Positions 4,241 to 5,720 of a DNA stretch of 5,720 nucleotides are shown here, piece by piece; the first letter of the stretch is position 1; each line of letters opens with the position of its first letter. The stretch spans positions 1 to 5,720 of the IMG/VR virus record IMGVR_UViG_3300031933_000269; one strand, written 5' to 3'. The stretch comes from a virus. The position numbers and the translations under genes are program-made. Under the pieces are notes generated by a model. The model was not told the origin of the DNA, did no database searches, and worked only from the letters and a program-made list of their open reading frames with translations.

Positions 4241-5584
4241 GTGGATATGGACTTTTTTCGTTCTTGGCTGCGCCTGCGCGTATGCTGCCTTGAGAAGTTT
4301 TTAAAACTGTCAAAACCTCGTAATAGGCTTTTGCCCTTATTGTGCTCGCTGCCGCTCTTTTTGTCGCATCAAGTTAACGCGATTGACTGGGCAGCGGTTG
4401 ATGGCGATGCAAACTATTGTCCCTCCGGTAATGATACATATAGCGCCTGCGCGAATTTTTTACCATACCAATATGGGCGCGCTGGCCCAGCTGTAGTTGT
4501 TAATAACTGCACTGCAAACCCGCCTTCTGTTGTAATAGATGATTATCTTGAGAACGGCGTACGCATGCGCAAACGGCGGACGATAACATTTGGCCCCAAT
4601 TCTGAAGGCGAGTGTTTAACTGATCCAGAACCTGAAGAGCCTCCAGAGTGCCCTAGTCAGGGCGATCAAAAGTTTTTCTCCGGTTATACAAATACAGTTG
4701 CCGAATGCACCGCTTCTTCTGGCACATTTTCATCTGATGGTTGCGGTTATGAGGTCGGCATTGCTGTCGTATCTCCTGAGCCTGTCGTTTGTGCAAATGG
4801 TCCGGGCACCTGTTTTTTCGAGGGCATGTATTCTTGCACCTTTTCTGCATCTGCTACCGGTGACCCATTAGGAGGTCAACCATTCGAGTGGCCTCAGCCT
4901 GCGTCCCCTGATGAGGGTGGCGAGGATCCGCCCGAAGATCCTGATCTTCCTGTTGATCCTGATCCGACTGATCCAACCGATCCAACCGATCCAACCGATC
5001 CAACCGATCCGACTGATCCGACTGATCCGACTGATCCGACTGATCCGACTGATTCGACTGATCCAGCTTATCCGACTGATCCAACTGATCCGACTGATCC
5101 AACTGATCCCACTGATCCGACTGATCCTGACGCCGGGCCAAATGATGGCGGTACATCTGGACCAGGTGGCGCGGGTTCTGATCCCTCAACGGGTACTGGC
5201 GGCGATTCGGATTCAAATGGCGATGGTACTACTGGTGACGGTACTGGAGATTTGAATGGTGACGGTGAAGGTGGCGACTGTGACCCTGCAACTGAGGTTT
5301 GTGGTTCTGGTGAAGGTTATCCCGAACTGGAAGAGACCGACGGCGGTATTGAGGACTATTGGGCAAGGCTTAAGGCAGTTCCGATATTGGAAGCTGCTTC
5401 TGATATTGGTTCCGGTTTAGGCTCTGGCGGTTCGTGTTCTCAAATATCGGTCAATACTGGCTATTTCGGAAGCTGGTCTACAACTATGCACTGTGATTTA
5501 TTTTCACAAATATCAGGAATGCTTTCCGCTATTATGATCGGCTTATGGTCGTTGATGGCTGTTCGTGTTGTCCTGTCCGCTTAA
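4241..5584 (+). CDS. pIII-like adsorption/minor coat protein (447 aa from GTG 4241; ATG 4247 is the more likely start)
   Basis: Signal-peptide-like KPRNRLLPLLCSLPLFLSHQVNA|IDW. A Cys-rich N-terminal region in two parts. A (DPT)n repeat and a Gly/Asp/Ser/Thr-rich linker. A C-terminal TM anchor MLSAIMIGLWSLMAVRVVLSA. This is the g3p-type modular layout and sits between coat and pVI. GGGGGA (4232-4237) is 9 nt from ATG 4247 but only 3 nt from GTG 4241. Confidence 0.8.
   Translation: MDMDFFRSWLRLRVCCLEKFLKLSKPRNRLLPLLCSLPLFLSHQVNAIDWAAVDGDANYCPSGNDTYSACANFLPYQYGRAGPAVVVNNCTANPPSVVIDDYLENGVRMRKRRTITFGPNSEGECLTDPEPEEPPECPSQGDQKFFSGYTNTVAECTASSGTFSSDGCGYEVGIAVVSPEPVVCANGPGTCFFEGMYSCTFSASATGDPLGGQPFEWPQPASPDEGGEDPPEDPDLPVDPDPTDPTDPTDPTDPTDPTDPTDPTDPTDPTDSTDPAYPTDPTDPTDPTDPTDPTDPDAGPNDGGTSGPGGAGSDPSTGTGGDSDSNGDGTTGDGTGDLNGDGEGGDCDPATEVCGSGEGYPELEETDGGIEDYWARLKAVPILEAASDIGSGLGSGGSCSQISVNTGYFGSWSTTMHCDLFSQISGMLSAIMIGLWSLMAVRVVLSA
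4955..5131 (+). repeat. About 20 tandem copies of a 9-nt unit (GATCCGACT / GATCCAACC) encoding (Asp-Pro-Thr)n
   Basis: Units read in order: gatcct; gatccgact x1; gatccaacc x4; gatccgact x5; gattcgact; gatccagct; tatccgact; then gatccaact, gatccgact, gatccaact, gatcccact, gatccgact; gatcctgac. All are in frame within the pIII-like CDS. Confidence 0.95.
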
Positions 5585-5599
5585 TATTGGGGGTTAAAA

Positions 5600-5720
5600 A
5601 TGTTGGAAGCATTTGCCAATTTTATTAAGGACGTTCTTCTCTGGGCGCCTCTGAAGTTTATGGAGTGGCTTCTTGATCTCCTGATTGGTCTTCTTGAGGA
5701 TATGCCTGTTCCTGCCTTTT
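5600..5720 (+). CDS. pVI/Ace-like minor coat protein, 5' part (continues at base 56 of the window after the overlap)
   Basis: ATG 5600 is preceded by GGGGG (5589-5593) at 6-nt spacing, 16 nt after the pIII-like stop. MLEAFANFIKDVLLWAPLKFMEWLLDLLIGLLEDMPVPAF... runs off the window end in frame. Confidence 0.7.
   Translation, partial: MLEAFANFIKDVLLWAPLKFMEWLLDLLIGLLEDMPVPAF
5666..5720. repeat. Terminal direct repeat, copy 2 (circular-closure overlap)
   Basis: Identical to 1-55. It lies inside the ORF that starts at 5600, and the reading frame is kept across the junction. Confidence 0.95.

Larger units (their letters stand above)
1..5720 (+). mobile_element. Complete circular filamentous phage (inovirus-like) genome, 5,665-bp unit plus 55-bp overlap
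   Basis: Exact 55-bp identity of the two window ends. Full inovirus module order: rep, ssDNA-binding, small membrane protein, coat, pIII-like, pVI-like, pI/Zot-like. Nearly all genes lie on one strand, with T-rich third codon positions. Confidence 0.85.

Noticed and set aside
4047-4313. 88-aa minus-strand ORF antisense to the coat gene
   Set aside because: It overlaps the SD-supported coat CDS, the terminator-like element and the pIII start. There is no ribosome-binding site, and the composition is implausible.
4955-5131. Possible CRISPR array or microsatellite locus
   Set aside because: The units are 9 nt and directly abutting, with no spacers. They are in frame within a CDS and encode a coherent DPT peptide repeat.
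4854-5255. 120-aa minus and 114-aa plus track ORFs with QSD/IRL repeats
   Set aside because: These are artefacts of the 9-nt tandem repeat, which has no stop codon in several frames. They lie inside the pIII-like CDS.

Overview
The window is a complete, circularly permuted genome of a small filamentous ssDNA phage (inovirus-like) or its replicative form. Bases 1-55 are identical to 5666-5720, so the unit length is 5,665 bp, and one gene (pVI-like) is intact only across the junction. The gene order is the classic inovirus layout. A Rep_trans-type rolling-circle initiator (2186-3268) comes first. A small ribbon-helix-helix repressor candidate follows on the minus strand (3150-3386), the only minus-strand gene. 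Then come a gpV-like ssDNA-binding candidate (3502-3792), a 78-aa membrane protein (3792-4028), and a leaderless 44-aa Pf3-type major coat protein (4038-4172, absent from the ORF track). Next are a large pIII-like adsorption protein with a (Asp-Pro-Thr)n repeat (4241-5584), a pVI/Ace-like protein (5600-5720 joined to 1-201) and a Zot/pI-like assembly NTPase (205-1341). Between pI and rep, where CTXphi carries its cargo genes, sits a 162-aa winged-HTH protein with a Cys-rich tail, behind a near-consensus sigma70 promoter. The intergenic regions hold several strong hairpins that are candidates for packaging signal or origins. The + strand shows a strong T preference at third codon positions, typical of inovirus coding strands. 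I see no secretin (pIV), integrase, tRNA, rRNA or CRISPR. All functional calls come from reading motifs by eye. No database search was run.
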